Made by a program: the position numbers and the translations under genes. The notes beneath the pieces were generated by a model, which searched no databases, was not told where the DNA came from, and saw only the letters and a list, made by a program, of their open reading frames with translations. Of a DNA stretch of 64,000 nucleotides, positions 33,247 to 42,772 are shown in pieces; position 1 is the stretch's first letter, and each line of letters starts with the position of its first letter. Source of the stretch: Candidatus Kerfeldbacteria bacterium (GTDB taxonomy: Bacteria > Patescibacteriota > Patescibacteriia > UBA9570 > XYC2-FULL-38-9); the NCBI GenBank assembly GCA_043813585.1, contig JBDRKW010000002.1, positions 19,182 to 83,181 on the forward strand, given 5' to 3'.

Positions 33247-33543
33247 ATGTCATTCGCAAAAAATACACCCGTACAATATCTGCCAGGTGTTGGTTGGAGG
33301 ACCGCACAAGTCATGCACGACCTGGGCGTTCACACGGCCGGCCAGCTCAACTCCATGCCTGAACGCGTTCTGATCGAACTCTTCGGCCCCAGTATCCGCT
33401 CTGTTATCAGCAGCCTGCATCTCTCATCACCCCGAAAGAATAAACAATCCGTCACGCGCGCATCATCCATCAACGCCGGTTCAAAGAAAAAGAACCTCGC
33501 GTCGAGGCTCCGCATGGCAGCAACACTCATGACGCTTCTCTAA
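33247..33543 (+). pseudogene. 98-aa ORF equal to only the thumb/HhH segment of a Y-family DNA polymerase (DinB-like); likely a truncated remnant of an SOS polymerase gene
   Basis: YLPGVGWRTAQVMHDLGVHTAGQLNSMPERVLIELFGP aligns to the DinB block IPGVGKVSAAKLEAMGLRTCGDV...LLKRFG. No palm/fingers catalytic domain is encoded upstream. Confidence 0.4.
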
Positions 33544-34340
33544 AACATGCTGCTTTGATGGGCAAACGTCTGTCCCGTTTCCGCAATATCCCAGACATTG
33601 GCAACAGTGAACTGGGATTTTTGATTATCCGCATGGCAAAACGCCTCGAATCGGTCACCGTCAAACGATAAGATTTCTATCGTATGCTTCTTCACCTCTT
33701 TGGCATTATTATCATCAACTTCAAAATAATCGATCTCCAGCTGTTCATGCCGCTTAAACGCTTCCATCAACTTATCGATGATTAACGGCGCCTGCCCCCA
33801 CTTAATTGGTATGGGGATCTGCTGACCTCCGGACGGATAGAAAATCCTTCCGTGGCGCAATCCATATTCATACACATCACGCGTCACTTTCACATCATCC
33901 AGGCAGTACTTCGAAAGGGAATCCAGGTCGCCCTCGCGATACCAGCGAATAGCATCAAGACCGCTGCCGCTCTTTCCTTCATGCAACGTCGCCTGGGCTA
34001 CATTATCAAGCTTTACCCGGTGGCCAAGCGCCTTGGTGATCTCTTCCAGAATATCCAAATGCGGCAACGTGGATAGGTCAAGCTCCTTAAAATACGGTTG
34101 CAACACAGGATTATCGAAGTGCTTCGAATTAAAACCAATCAGCATCGGCTTTTCAGTTATCATTATTTTTTCCAGCTTCGGCAAATCCTTCTCAAAAAAA
34201 CCAAACGATTTTTTCTGCGAATACGAATACACCCCGCAAAACGAGACACCAAGATCCTTCTGGCCGTTTTCTCCAACCTCGTCAAAGGTCTTCTGCGTTT
34301 CTATATCGAATACCATTCGTTGTGGTGATGTATGATCCAT
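33540..34340 (-). CDS. RNase H-like 3'-5' exonuclease (DEDD, PolB-exo/YprB-like)
   Basis: The track ORF starts at GTG 34346; ATG at 34340. Exo I motif MVFDIETQ and a downstream acidic motif (FNSKHFDNPVLQPYF). Confidence 0.6.
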   Translation of the reverse strand: MDHTSPQRMVFDIETQKTFDEVGENGQKDLGVSFCGVYSYSQKKSFGFFEKDLPKLEKIMITEKPMLIGFNSKHFDNPVLQPYFKELDLSTLPHLDILEEITKALGHRVKLDNVAQATLHEGKSGSGLDAIRWYREGDLDSLSKYCLDDVKVTRDVYEYGLRHGRIFYPSGGQQIPIPIKWGQAPLIIDKLMEAFKRHEQLEIDYFEVDDNNAKEVKKHTIEILSFDGDRFEAFCHADNQKSQFTVANVWDIAETGQTFAHQSSMF

Positions 34341-34362
34341 ATCCACTCTATCTTACTGTTAT

Positions 34363-35163
34363 TTATTCATTGATCAAGTCTTCTTCATCCTTCTGATGCG
34401 CTGCAGCGGCTTCATTCTCTGAAATCATCACTTCAACCTGCTCTTTTGCAGGGCATATAGTAATAAAATCACAATTTCTGCAATATTGATTCAGCTTCGG
34501 TTCAAATTCCTTTTCGGCCTTGATTTTTTCTACCTGCTCTTTAACAAGTTGTACGGCCTCGTCTGCCTCTTCCTGCCCAACTTCGATTGTATGCCACTGC
34601 ATAGTCTGCAAATAGAGATAACTTGCCTTTGTCACCGGTTTTTTCTGGCCTGCAGAAACGATCAGGGCATACAGAATCAACTGCAAATCGCTGATGTCGT
34701 CCTCATTATACTTGCCGGTCTTGTAATCAATCACATGCAGCGTGCCGTCTTCGAGCTCGTCCGCGCGGTCAATCCGGCCGATAATCTTCAGCTGGTCATC
34801 GATGTCCGTATCATAGTAATCTTCAAGCATCACCGGTGTTTTCGTCACATCGGTCCGGTGCACATACAAACGCAGCGTATTCAATGCCTTCACGCCCCAC
34901 TTTGCCTCGTCCTCTTTTGACGCAAACCCTTCACGATTTTCACGCCACCGCCGCCGGAGGATCTTTTCCAGCTCATCATACGTTCGTTTGTTCGGTTCAA
35001 GCTGTTCGTAAAAATCCTTAAGCGCATTATGGACATGCGCACCCATCGTCAGGTACGGCTTTGGTTTCTTGTATTCCTTATCCAGGTGGTCAATGTAGCT
35101 GAACTTATACTGCCGCGGGCAGTTCTCAAACATTCGCAGCTTAAATGGTGACGCCCGGAACAT
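34363..35163 (-). CDS. PD-(D/E)XK nuclease with a Cas4/AddB-type Cys cluster (Cas4-like, no CRISPR context)
   Basis: N-terminal Cys (ENCPRQYKF) plus C-terminal CRNCDFITICP, the 4-Cys arrangement of Cas4/RecB-family nucleases. Central ...IGRIDRADELEDGTLHVIDYKTGK has the D...ExK nuclease motif. Confidence 0.6.
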   Translation of the reverse strand: MFRASPFKLRMFENCPRQYKFSYIDHLDKEYKKPKPYLTMGAHVHNALKDFYEQLEPNKRTYDELEKILRRRWRENREGFASKEDEAKWGVKALNTLRLYVHRTDVTKTPVMLEDYYDTDIDDQLKIIGRIDRADELEDGTLHVIDYKTGKYNEDDISDLQLILYALIVSAGQKKPVTKASYLYLQTMQWHTIEVGQEEADEAVQLVKEQVEKIKAEKEFEPKLNQYCRNCDFITICPAKEQVEVMISENEAAAAHQKDEEDLINE

Positions 35164-35168
35164 ATATC

Positions 35169-35996
35169 CTACTTGAAATGTTGCTGCATAATCTCCACAA
35201 TCGCTTCCTCGTCCGGAATCCAGTAATAGAGCTCCTTGCCAAAGTCAGGGGTGTAGATACGGTCGCCGTAGCCGGGCAGCGCTTCCTCTTCCATCTCTCC
35301 GATTGAAACCTGGCCTTTGCGGCTGATGCCTGCTCCCACAAGAAAATAGATAAGTTTCGTTTTGCCGTAATCCAGCCGTGCCTGCTCTGCATCATTGAAA
35401 TAAGCGAGCAGCGATTTCACCGTGGAAGGTTTCTTGATTTTTGTCACAAGGGAACGAAGAATCTCGCGCGCGTCCGCCTGCCGGTCAAAGTCAGAGCGAT
35501 CGCCGGTAAACCGGTCGCGCACCACAGCCAACGCTGCAGGGCCGTCCACGACCTGGCCTTCCAGCACAGCGCCTCCAAGCGTATTGATAATCTCCTCAAA
35601 ACTCTGAAAGGTCACTTCAACCGTTGCGTCCACTTTTATATCCAGCAATTCTTCAATAACACTACGTGTCAATTCAATATTGCCCAGCGCCTTCTCGTCA
35701 TCCGGCCGTTCGCCCAACGCATAAAAATGCGTCATCTTCTGCATGCCCCATTCTTCGTGCTCAATATAAGTATCCCGCGGAATAGTCAAAAAATACGGTT
35801 GTTTGTTGCTGCTCTTCGGAACCGAAACGACAAACAGCACGTCAGAACGCGCCCGCTCAGTGCCGCGCTGATCCGATCCAACGAATAAAACATTGTAATG
35901 ATCCGGCGCCGTAACCACAATAAATCCCAAAACCACCACGATCAAGACAGCGCTTGTTATGATGAATCCTAAGATGAAAGGCAATATTCGTCTCAT
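35169..35996 (-). CDS. LytR-CpsA-Psr (LCP) family protein
   Basis: N-terminal TM, then NVLFVGSDQRG...RSDVLFVVSV...TIPRDTYIE, the LCP core. Confidence 0.75.
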   Translation of the reverse strand: MRRILPFILGFIITSAVLIVVVLGFIVVTAPDHYNVLFVGSDQRGTERARSDVLFVVSVPKSSNKQPYFLTIPRDTYIEHEEWGMQKMTHFYALGERPDDEKALGNIELTRSVIEELLDIKVDATVEVTFQSFEEIINTLGGAVLEGQVVDGPAALAVVRDRFTGDRSDFDRQADAREILRSLVTKIKKPSTVKSLLAYFNDAEQARLDYGKTKLIYFLVGAGISRKGQVSIGEMEEEALPGYGDRIYTPDFGKELYYWIPDEEAIVEIMQQHFK

Positions 35997-36943
35997 GAAT
36001 GCATGATTGAATGGACATAGGTCAGCACAACATCGTGCATTCTCTGCTCTTCTTTCAGGTTGTTGGTAAAATACACCATATTCGGTTTCGTATTCAACTC
36101 CACCATATACGGCTTGCCGTTCTGGAAAAAGAAATCCGCGCCATAAAACTTATACGGAAAAATCGCCAGCGCGTCAGAGACACGCTTTAACAACGGTTTC
36201 ACCGACTGAGGGATTTTAGATACAGGCAGGAAACAAATTCCACCACCCTGCGAGATATTACAGAGTTCCGTTCCAGGCGCAACAGTCCGAATATACGTCA
36301 TCACCGGCTTGTCGCCGGCAACATTGACGCGGAGGTCATGCGTGTCATTGAATAAACCAGGGATGCCGGCTGAGGTATCGATATGCGGCTGTAAAATACA
36401 CGGGGCGTTTGGCCGCCGATGTTTCATTTTCGCCTTGCTCTCTATAATGATTCCGGCGCCGCCATAACCCATGCGCGGTTTAAGCACTGCTTTTCGTGTC
36501 TTAATTTTTGCCAGTCCCTCAAGAAGTTCTGCCCGTGAACTGACCCGGTACGTATCCGGCATGATATCGTAAAACATCACGCTTGAGAGCAGTTTGTCTG
36601 AAGCCAGGAGGTCAAGCTCCATCGGATTAATCATCAAATTCTTTTTTTCAAACTCTTGCTTAAAACCAATACGATCATAGCGCATCGAAATCTTATCGTA
36701 GTACACGTCAGCCTTAATCCGCTTGCGGACTTTCACCCATTTAGAACCGTTCCAGGCCCACGCGCGGTCAAAATAACCATCCTTATACCAATGCATGCTC
36801 ATGCGGTAGGCCTCCATGCCATAATGGTCCGAAGCGCGCTGATACAATCGTTCATACGATTCGCGCATTTCGCGGTTCTCGAAGGGAACAGCCTTATGCC
36901 AGTCGGCATCTGAATACAGCATTCCGAAAATCTTTTTTCTCAT
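35993..36943 (-). CDS. ATP-grasp ligase, YheC/YheD-like
   Basis: VLKPRMGYGGAGIII (Gly-rich ATP loop) and C-terminal YMVELNTKPNM. 4-nt overlap with the LCP gene. Confidence 0.6.
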   Translation of the reverse strand: MRKKIFGMLYSDADWHKAVPFENREMRESYERLYQRASDHYGMEAYRMSMHWYKDGYFDRAWAWNGSKWVKVRKRIKADVYYDKISMRYDRIGFKQEFEKKNLMINPMELDLLASDKLLSSVMFYDIMPDTYRVSSRAELLEGLAKIKTRKAVLKPRMGYGGAGIIIESKAKMKHRRPNAPCILQPHIDTSAGIPGLFNDTHDLRVNVAGDKPVMTYIRTVAPGTELCNISQGGGICFLPVSKIPQSVKPLLKRVSDALAIFPYKFYGADFFFQNGKPYMVELNTKPNMVYFTNNLKEEQRMHDVVLTYVHSIMHS

Positions 36944-36961
36944 AACGATGGGTTAACTTTG

Positions 36962-37837
36962 TTATTTCTTGCGATACTGTTGCAGTGCATAATCAACCAC
37001 ATATTCCGCAACATCAACGCCAAGCGTCCCTTTCAAATTCTGCCATTGGGGATTTGCATTCGTTTCCAGAACAAGCCATTTGCCGTGATGCTTAATGAGA
37101 TCCACGCCGGCAATATCATACCCAAGCGACCGCGTGGCTTTCAGCGCCAATATGCGTACCTCCCGCGTCAGCGGCGCCTTGTCTGAATGCGCGCCAAGGG
37201 CATTCGTCCGGAATTCTCCTTTTGCGGCAAATCGTTCAAGCATCCCAATCACCTTGTTGCCGATCACAAGAACGCGATAATCGCTTTCAGCCGGAATATA
37301 TTCCTGAATGAAATATCCCGACCGGTTTTTGTTTAAGAATGCCAGCGCCTTTTTCTTTGAATCAAATTTCTCAATGCCACGACCCATCTGGCCGTACACC
37401 GGCTTTACGACAATGGGGAATGGCACCTGCCGCAACAACTCCTCATACGAACCCCCATCAGCAGCCTGAAAGGTGGCCGGGTGCGGAATGCCATTCTGGA
37501 CATAAATGCTTGCCTCATACACTTTGCTCGGCACGGTCCGCCGCGCCAAGGCCGAATCAATGACGATTTTGCCCTGCCGGACAAACAACCCCGCTAAAAT
37601 CTGCGCTATGACGTAGTTTCGGTTATACGCGCGGAACAGGTACACAGCACCGGTATCAATGCGGCGGCCCTTATATGTTGGCACTATCTTTCCATTCTTA
37701 TATGAAACCAAAACATCTTTCAGTTCGACAACGCGAACAGAATGGCCGCGGGCGCGTATTACTCGAACAAGATCCTGGTCGTTCTTGGATTTATGCCGGC
37801 CGATAATAATGAATTGTACCTTACGCGCCATCGGCAT
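36962..37837 (-). CDS. RimK-family alpha-L-glutamate ligase (ATP-grasp)
   Basis: The track ORF starts at TTG 37885. ATG at 37837 or 37831 (MPMARKVQFIIIG...). VVKPVYGQMGRGIEKF, EYIPAESDYRVLVIGNKVIG, LVLETNANP. The start overlaps the xseB 3' end. Confidence 0.75.
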   Translation of the reverse strand: MPMARKVQFIIIGRHKSKNDQDLVRVIRARGHSVRVVELKDVLVSYKNGKIVPTYKGRRIDTGAVYLFRAYNRNYVIAQILAGLFVRQGKIVIDSALARRTVPSKVYEASIYVQNGIPHPATFQAADGGSYEELLRQVPFPIVVKPVYGQMGRGIEKFDSKKKALAFLNKNRSGYFIQEYIPAESDYRVLVIGNKVIGMLERFAAKGEFRTNALGAHSDKAPLTREVRILALKATRSLGYDIAGVDLIKHHGKWLVLETNANPQWQNLKGTLGVDVAEYVVDYALQQYRKK

Positions 37838-38057
37838 CGTCCTCGACTTCGTATTGCTTCTTGAGCGTTTCGATGCTGTTTTCAACCGTCTTCAGCGTTG
37901 CCTTAAGGTCTTGTGCAATCTTCAGGCCTTTCTCAAACTGCTTCAGGCTGGCGTCCAGGTCAAGCTTTCCGTCTTCCAGCGAACCAACAATCGCCTCCAG
38001 CTCTTCAAACTGCTTTGCGAATGAGTCACTATTTTTGTTCTTGGTTGTTTTGGCCAT
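37821..38057 (-). CDS. xseB: exodeoxyribonuclease VII small subunit
   Basis: 78 aa. FEELEAIVGSLEDGKLDLDASLKQFEKGLKIAQ is the XseB signature. Confidence 0.85.
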   Translation of the reverse strand: MAKTTKNKNSDSFAKQFEELEAIVGSLEDGKLDLDASLKQFEKGLKIAQDLKATLKTVENSIETLKKQYEVEDDADGA

Positions 38058-38108
38058 ATCATAGTAAGACTATTAAGATTTACCCTCCCTGTCAAACCAC
38101 GCTTACTC

Positions 38109-39125
38109 TTATTTTTCAAGCAGCGCGCGCATTACTGTCCTGGCGATATTGCGCGGACGCCCTGCATGCGGAAAATGATGCATGCTCAGGCCCGGCTGAT
38201 GGTTCACCTCAACAACCACGCCGCGCGTTCGCTTCGCCGATTTGCTCACATCTTCACATAACAGATCAACACCCGCAAACCGGAGACCGAGCGCCTGTAC
38301 GGCATCTGTCGCTATGCGCTTATTCGCTTCGGAGATGTCATTGGTTGCATCTTCAACCGTACCGCCTGTCCCGATATTGCATACATTGCGCAAACGCACT
38401 TCACATCCGGATGCCGGTACGGACTGCAGCGTCATGCGCTGCTGCCGCAATAGGTACTTCATCTCCGCATCAATGCCGATCTTTTTGTACACGATGCCAG
38501 GGTGAACTTTGCGCATGCGCTCCCTCTCCGATATGAGTTGAAGTACCGACTGCCGGCCGTCCCCCACAACATACGCGGGCCGGCGCCACGTCACGCCAAG
38601 TACTTTTCCGTCAAACACCAAAATACGATAGTCATTCAAGCCCTTATGAAACTCCTCAATAAGAACGTACTCATATTTTTGCAATGCGGACTTCACCATC
38701 CGTTTCAGGGTTTTCTTATCGCGAATATCCGTCCGGATGCCCTCGCCGCCTGCTGTTCCTTTATTGGGCTTGATCACGAGCGGAAAGCGGAGACCTCGCA
38801 GATCCAGATCTCCGGAAGCCAGGTCTCGTTTGTGAACCCGAATGCTCTTTGAAACGGGCACGCCGGCGGCGGCCAGTTGCGTGTTAGTAATGAACTTGTT
38901 ATCCGCGGCAAAGGAACTTGAAAAAGTATTCAACGGCGTTGCCGCGCCAATGAAAAAGTACCGCCTCACCCCTTTTTCAATCAGGACATAATAGGGCTTA
39001 TGGAAAAAATGAACGGTCCATCCCATATCCAGCGCCACTTCTGCAAACAACGCAGCGTTAATCCAGCCGAGCTCAAACACCTCTTCATAAACATTTTTCT
39101 TTGTAATTCTGACCTTCTTAACCAT
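38109..39125 (-). CDS. ATP-grasp ligase resembling the N-terminal ATP-grasp domain of cyanophycin synthetase/RimK-like enzymes (stand-alone)
   Basis: PLVIKPNKGTAGGEGI, RRPAYVVGDGRQSVLQLI, CNIGTGGTVEDATNDI, VVVEVNHQPGLSMHHFP. Confidence 0.6.
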   Translation of the reverse strand: MVKKVRITKKNVYEEVFELGWINAALFAEVALDMGWTVHFFHKPYYVLIEKGVRRYFFIGAATPLNTFSSSFAADNKFITNTQLAAAGVPVSKSIRVHKRDLASGDLDLRGLRFPLVIKPNKGTAGGEGIRTDIRDKKTLKRMVKSALQKYEYVLIEEFHKGLNDYRILVFDGKVLGVTWRRPAYVVGDGRQSVLQLISERERMRKVHPGIVYKKIGIDAEMKYLLRQQRMTLQSVPASGCEVRLRNVCNIGTGGTVEDATNDISEANKRIATDAVQALGLRFAGVDLLCEDVSKSAKRTRGVVVEVNHQPGLSMHHFPHAGRPRNIARTVMRALLEK

Positions 39126-39137
39126 GCTTCGGCGTTA

Positions 39138-40301
39138 TTATTTTTTATCGGCAGTTGAGCGCACCTCGCCGTCAAAAAATCGCGTACGAAGCCGCTGGCC
39201 CGCGCGCACCCTCGCGGCACTGGTAAGCGCCCGGCCCATCTCATCCAGCGTCATGGTATATCCCCGCTGCAGTACGTTCATCGGATTAATTGATTTGAGC
39301 AGCTGCATCATCGATTGAACCTGCGACAATTTCATTTGAACATCATGAGACAGGCCAAGTAGGGTAATATTCAGCCGCTGCTGCAGCTCTTCAAACCGGC
39401 CGACCTGTTCGCGCGCGTTATGGTCAAGCAGCTGCACTGCGCTGTAAATGCGGTCGCGATACTGATCAAGCAAGCTATCCACGGAGCTCCCCATGCGTTC
39501 AGTCATATATTGTATCTCGGCAATCACGTCGCGCTTCTCCGGCACAACCAGCTCCGCTGCATTCGACGGGGTTGAAGCGCGCACGTCAGCCGCCATGTCC
39601 GAAAGCGTCACATCGCGTTCATGGCCGACCGCGCACACCACCGGAATATCGGATGCAAAGATCGCACGTACAACCTCTTCCGAATTAAACGCCTGCAAAT
39701 CTTCCAGCGATCCGCCTCCGCGCGTAAGAATAATGCAGTCCAAATCCTTCTGCGTTTCATTCATCTCATGCAGCGCGTCCACAATACTATCCACTGCGCT
39801 GACGCCCTGAACCTGTACATGCATATGCCGGATATCCAGCCCTGCCCAACGATTCTTTAAAATGCGAAGTACATCCGTATAGGCAGCCGCATCCTTACTG
39901 GTTACCAAACCGACCTTCTGCGGAAACCGAGGCAGCTGACGCTTGCGGGATTCGTCAAACAGCCCTTCTTTTTCTAGTTTCTTCTTTAACAACGCGAACG
40001 CCTTTTGCAGGCTGCCTTCGCCAACCAACTCGATCTGCCGGGGCTTGAACGCAAACTGCCCTTTCTTGAACAGCGTCGGCGTCCCGACCGCGCGGATCTC
40101 CATGCCGTCTTCGAGCTGCTGCCGCAGCTGGAACGTCATCATGAAACAGCTCACAGCCGAATCCTCATCAACCAATGAAAACCAGACAAACCGGTTCTGC
40201 GAAATATGGAAATCAGAAACTTCGCCCTGGACCATAACCGTAACCTGGCCGAGCAGTTCATTTATCTCTTCGCGAAATTCTGAAACCGAATAAACTTTCA
40301 T
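39138..40301 (-). CDS. xseA: exodeoxyribonuclease VII large subunit
   Basis: 387 aa. N-terminal OB fold (VSEFREEINELLGQ...VMVQGEVSDF) and a catalytic/coiled C-terminal region. Confidence 0.88.
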   Translation of the reverse strand: MKVYSVSEFREEINELLGQVTVMVQGEVSDFHISQNRFVWFSLVDEDSAVSCFMMTFQLRQQLEDGMEIRAVGTPTLFKKGQFAFKPRQIELVGEGSLQKAFALLKKKLEKEGLFDESRKRQLPRFPQKVGLVTSKDAAAYTDVLRILKNRWAGLDIRHMHVQVQGVSAVDSIVDALHEMNETQKDLDCIILTRGGGSLEDLQAFNSEEVVRAIFASDIPVVCAVGHERDVTLSDMAADVRASTPSNAAELVVPEKRDVIAEIQYMTERMGSSVDSLLDQYRDRIYSAVQLLDHNAREQVGRFEELQQRLNITLLGLSHDVQMKLSQVQSMMQLLKSINPMNVLQRGYTMTLDEMGRALTSAARVRAGQRLRTRFFDGEVRSTADKK

Positions 40302-40555
40302 TATTTGTATGGCTTCAGTTCAAACGCATGGTCACCAGTCCGAACAACCGAATAGTAATCACCGTCACCCAGCTTCACCATCGCAGAACCGCCGTGCCCT
40401 AACGCAAAAACACTATTATGTACTTTCCCTCCGGCATTGATTGCACGAATCAACCGATCAAGATGCAGGCCTTCTAAATCATTCGTATTGAAATAGTACG
40501 TATGTGGCTCCGACTCCTCGTCCCGACGCATATATTCTTTTCTTGATGCTGGCAT
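40301..40555 (-). CDS. hypothetical small protein (84 aa)
   Basis: ATG at 40555. The stop overlaps the xseA start. No recognisable family. Confidence 0.45.
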   Translation of the reverse strand: MPASRKEYMRRDEESEPHTYYFNTNDLEGLHLDRLIRAINAGGKVHNSVFALGHGGSAMVKLGDGDYYSVVRTGDHAFELKPYK

Positions 40556-40562
40556 AGTATTA

Positions 40563-41156
40563 CTATAGCGAATTTAGGTCGATGGATAAATTTGTTGCCT
40601 CAAGGCCGGAAGAAGCGCACGGTTCATCGCGATACGGCGCGCCATCACGCCTGAGCCAGACATATTTTGCATTCGGCAGTACTGCATGCATCGCATCAAT
40701 CTCGGAACCGCGGTCATTAATAAATACAACGTCCTCGCCTTCCCATTGTTTCACAATCTCTTCCTTTGACTGTTCTGTTGCAACCACTTCGTCTACTAGC
40801 TCATCAATACCTGCGCCGGCAATCTTTCGCTCCTGCCATTCCGGCAATCCAAACGACAATACCGTAACGTCATGCTCGCTGTGATCCTTTAAAAACGGCA
40901 GTGCGTCCGGATATAAAAACTCTCCGGCATTATCAACAACCGCTTTCATCTTTTCCAGCGCTTCGCCCTGCTTATCGCCGCCGACCAGCAGCCGGACATG
41001 CTCGGTCAGGTGATACACGCCGTCGAGCTTCGCTTCCTGTTCTGTTGAACGATAGGTATTTTCGTCCACGCCAAACGGCTCCAGCACAGCGATTAATGCG
41101 CGCCGCATCGCTTCCGTGTTAAACAGCGTATAGTCAAAATCTACAAGGATTCGCAT
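40563..41156 (-). CDS. HAD-superfamily hydrolase
   Basis: Motif I ILVDFDYTLF with the DxD nucleophile pair. Later conserved Ser/Thr, Lys and Asp residues. Confidence 0.7.
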   Translation of the reverse strand: MRILVDFDYTLFNTEAMRRALIAVLEPFGVDENTYRSTEQEAKLDGVYHLTEHVRLLVGGDKQGEALEKMKAVVDNAGEFLYPDALPFLKDHSEHDVTVLSFGLPEWQERKIAGAGIDELVDEVVATEQSKEEIVKQWEGEDVVFINDRGSEIDAMHAVLPNAKYVWLRRDGAPYRDEPCASSGLEATNLSIDLNSL

Positions 41157-42049
41157 AGGTCATAAATTGCTTGCGCGGCCTTTTTGCCCGAAACACAGAC
41201 AGGATTCTCTTCATCTGCCAGGTCAACAGTAATTATTTGAACCGCTTCATTAGATACTTCGGTAGGTATGCCCTGGACATCATCCGGCAGCGCAACGGTT
41301 CCGTCATCAACAATCGCCACAGACAGCCGCGCCGGTTCCAGGTACCGGTTTAACTCGGAGATAAAATCACTGGTCGTAAAATCATGCGTCTCGCCCCGCT
41401 TTGTTGAACGGTTGCATACGTACACGACAGGCGCGTCGCTCTCTGCGATCGCATCAACAACGCCTTCCACCAGCAAATTAGGAATAATGCTCGTATACAA
41501 ATCGCCCATGGAAATGACGATGCAGTCTGCAGCTGCAAACGCCTGCTTAACCTGATCGGTGGTCTGCACAGCCGGATCAAGCCGCAACTTATCTATGTGC
41601 AGCGAACTGTCATGCTTTGGCACATCTATATTCTCTTCTTCCCGGACAACGGTCTTTCCATCATCATACTCAGCTACCAGATGCGTAAGCTGTTCCGTTA
41701 CCGGCAGTACGGTTCCTTTCACTCCGCACCGGTCAGACAGGGCGCGCACTGCCGACGTGACAGCGCCAACTTTCTCAAACTCGCTGACAATCTCCAAATT
41801 GCCTTTCGCATGCCCCTCCCGGTCGCGCTCATTCCATTCGCATACCGCTCCAGTATTCTCTGCCAACGCGGCAATGCACCGGCGCAGGTCCCCGGGCGGC
41901 AGCACGCCGTTCATCTCCCGCAGCTTGCCGCTGGATCCGCCGCTGTCCATCATCGTCACCACTGCCGTTATTTCAACATCGTGCTCCTTTAAATACGTCA
42001 GCAGCTCTGACTGGCCGTTCCCGCCGCCGATGGTGACAATCCGCTTCAT
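41141..42049 (-). CDS. YvcK/UPF0052 (CofD-like) family protein
   Basis: IVTIGGGNGQSELL, MMDSGGSSGKLR, LPPGDLRRC, the YvcK hallmarks. Confidence 0.8.
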   Translation of the reverse strand: MKRIVTIGGGNGQSELLTYLKEHDVEITAVVTMMDSGGSSGKLREMNGVLPPGDLRRCIAALAENTGAVCEWNERDREGHAKGNLEIVSEFEKVGAVTSAVRALSDRCGVKGTVLPVTEQLTHLVAEYDDGKTVVREEENIDVPKHDSSLHIDKLRLDPAVQTTDQVKQAFAAADCIVISMGDLYTSIIPNLLVEGVVDAIAESDAPVVYVCNRSTKRGETHDFTTSDFISELNRYLEPARLSVAIVDDGTVALPDDVQGIPTEVSNEAVQIITVDLADEENPVCVSGKKAAQAIYDLCESL

Positions 42050-42052
42050 ACG

Positions 42053-42772
42053 CTAAACGAGCTTATTGTTAATAAGAAACCGCTCAACCTCTGGGATGTC
42101 TTCCGGCTTGCCAAAATCAACCCATTCACCGGCCATCCGCTGCACTTTAATCTTTCCGTCCGCTGCCATCATATTAACCGCGTCAACGATTTCATATTCC
42201 CCGCGCGGCGACTCATGCACATTGCGGACCACATCAAATACTTCAGGCTGAAACACATACACGCCAAGGTTGATCAGGTTCGAAACCGGTTCACGCGGCT
42301 TCTCAATAATACCTTTCAAGAAAGCATCCTTGCCCATATCAAGAACGCCATAATGGGTCGGATCTTCATGATACGTCCCGACAATATGCGAAAACCCGTC
42401 GTCTTCCCGGATCGAACGCAGCACTTCCGGCGTATACAGCGAATCACCGTTAATGAGGACAAACGGCCTGCCTTTGAGCTCAGGTTCCACGGCTTTCACC
42501 ACCATTGCCGTACCGTAATGGTTCGGCTCGCGCTCCGACTGATTCACCATCGTAATATCATAGGGCTCTGAATCCAGGAATTTCTTCATGATGTCGGCGT
42601 AATAGCCGGCAACCACGATTATGTGCCTGAACCCGACCTGGTCGACAAGCTTCAATAAAAAATGCAAAAACGGCTTGCCCGCCACATGGATAAGATGCTT
42701 CGGCTGCTCATCGGACAAGTGCTTCATGCGTACGCCCCTGCCTGCTGCCGCGATAACAATCGTGTCTATCAT
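42053..42772 (-). CDS. sugar-phosphate nucleotidyltransferase
   Basis: IVIAAAGRGVRMKHLSDEQPKHLIHVAGKPFL (G-x-G-x-R-x nucleotide loop). Confidence 0.7.
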   Translation of the reverse strand: MIDTIVIAAAGRGVRMKHLSDEQPKHLIHVAGKPFLHFLLKLVDQVGFRHIIVVAGYYADIMKKFLDSEPYDITMVNQSEREPNHYGTAMVVKAVEPELKGRPFVLINGDSLYTPEVLRSIREDDGFSHIVGTYHEDPTHYGVLDMGKDAFLKGIIEKPREPVSNLINLGVYVFQPEVFDVVRNVHESPRGEYEIVDAVNMMAADGKIKVQRMAGEWVDFGKPEDIPEVERFLINNKLV

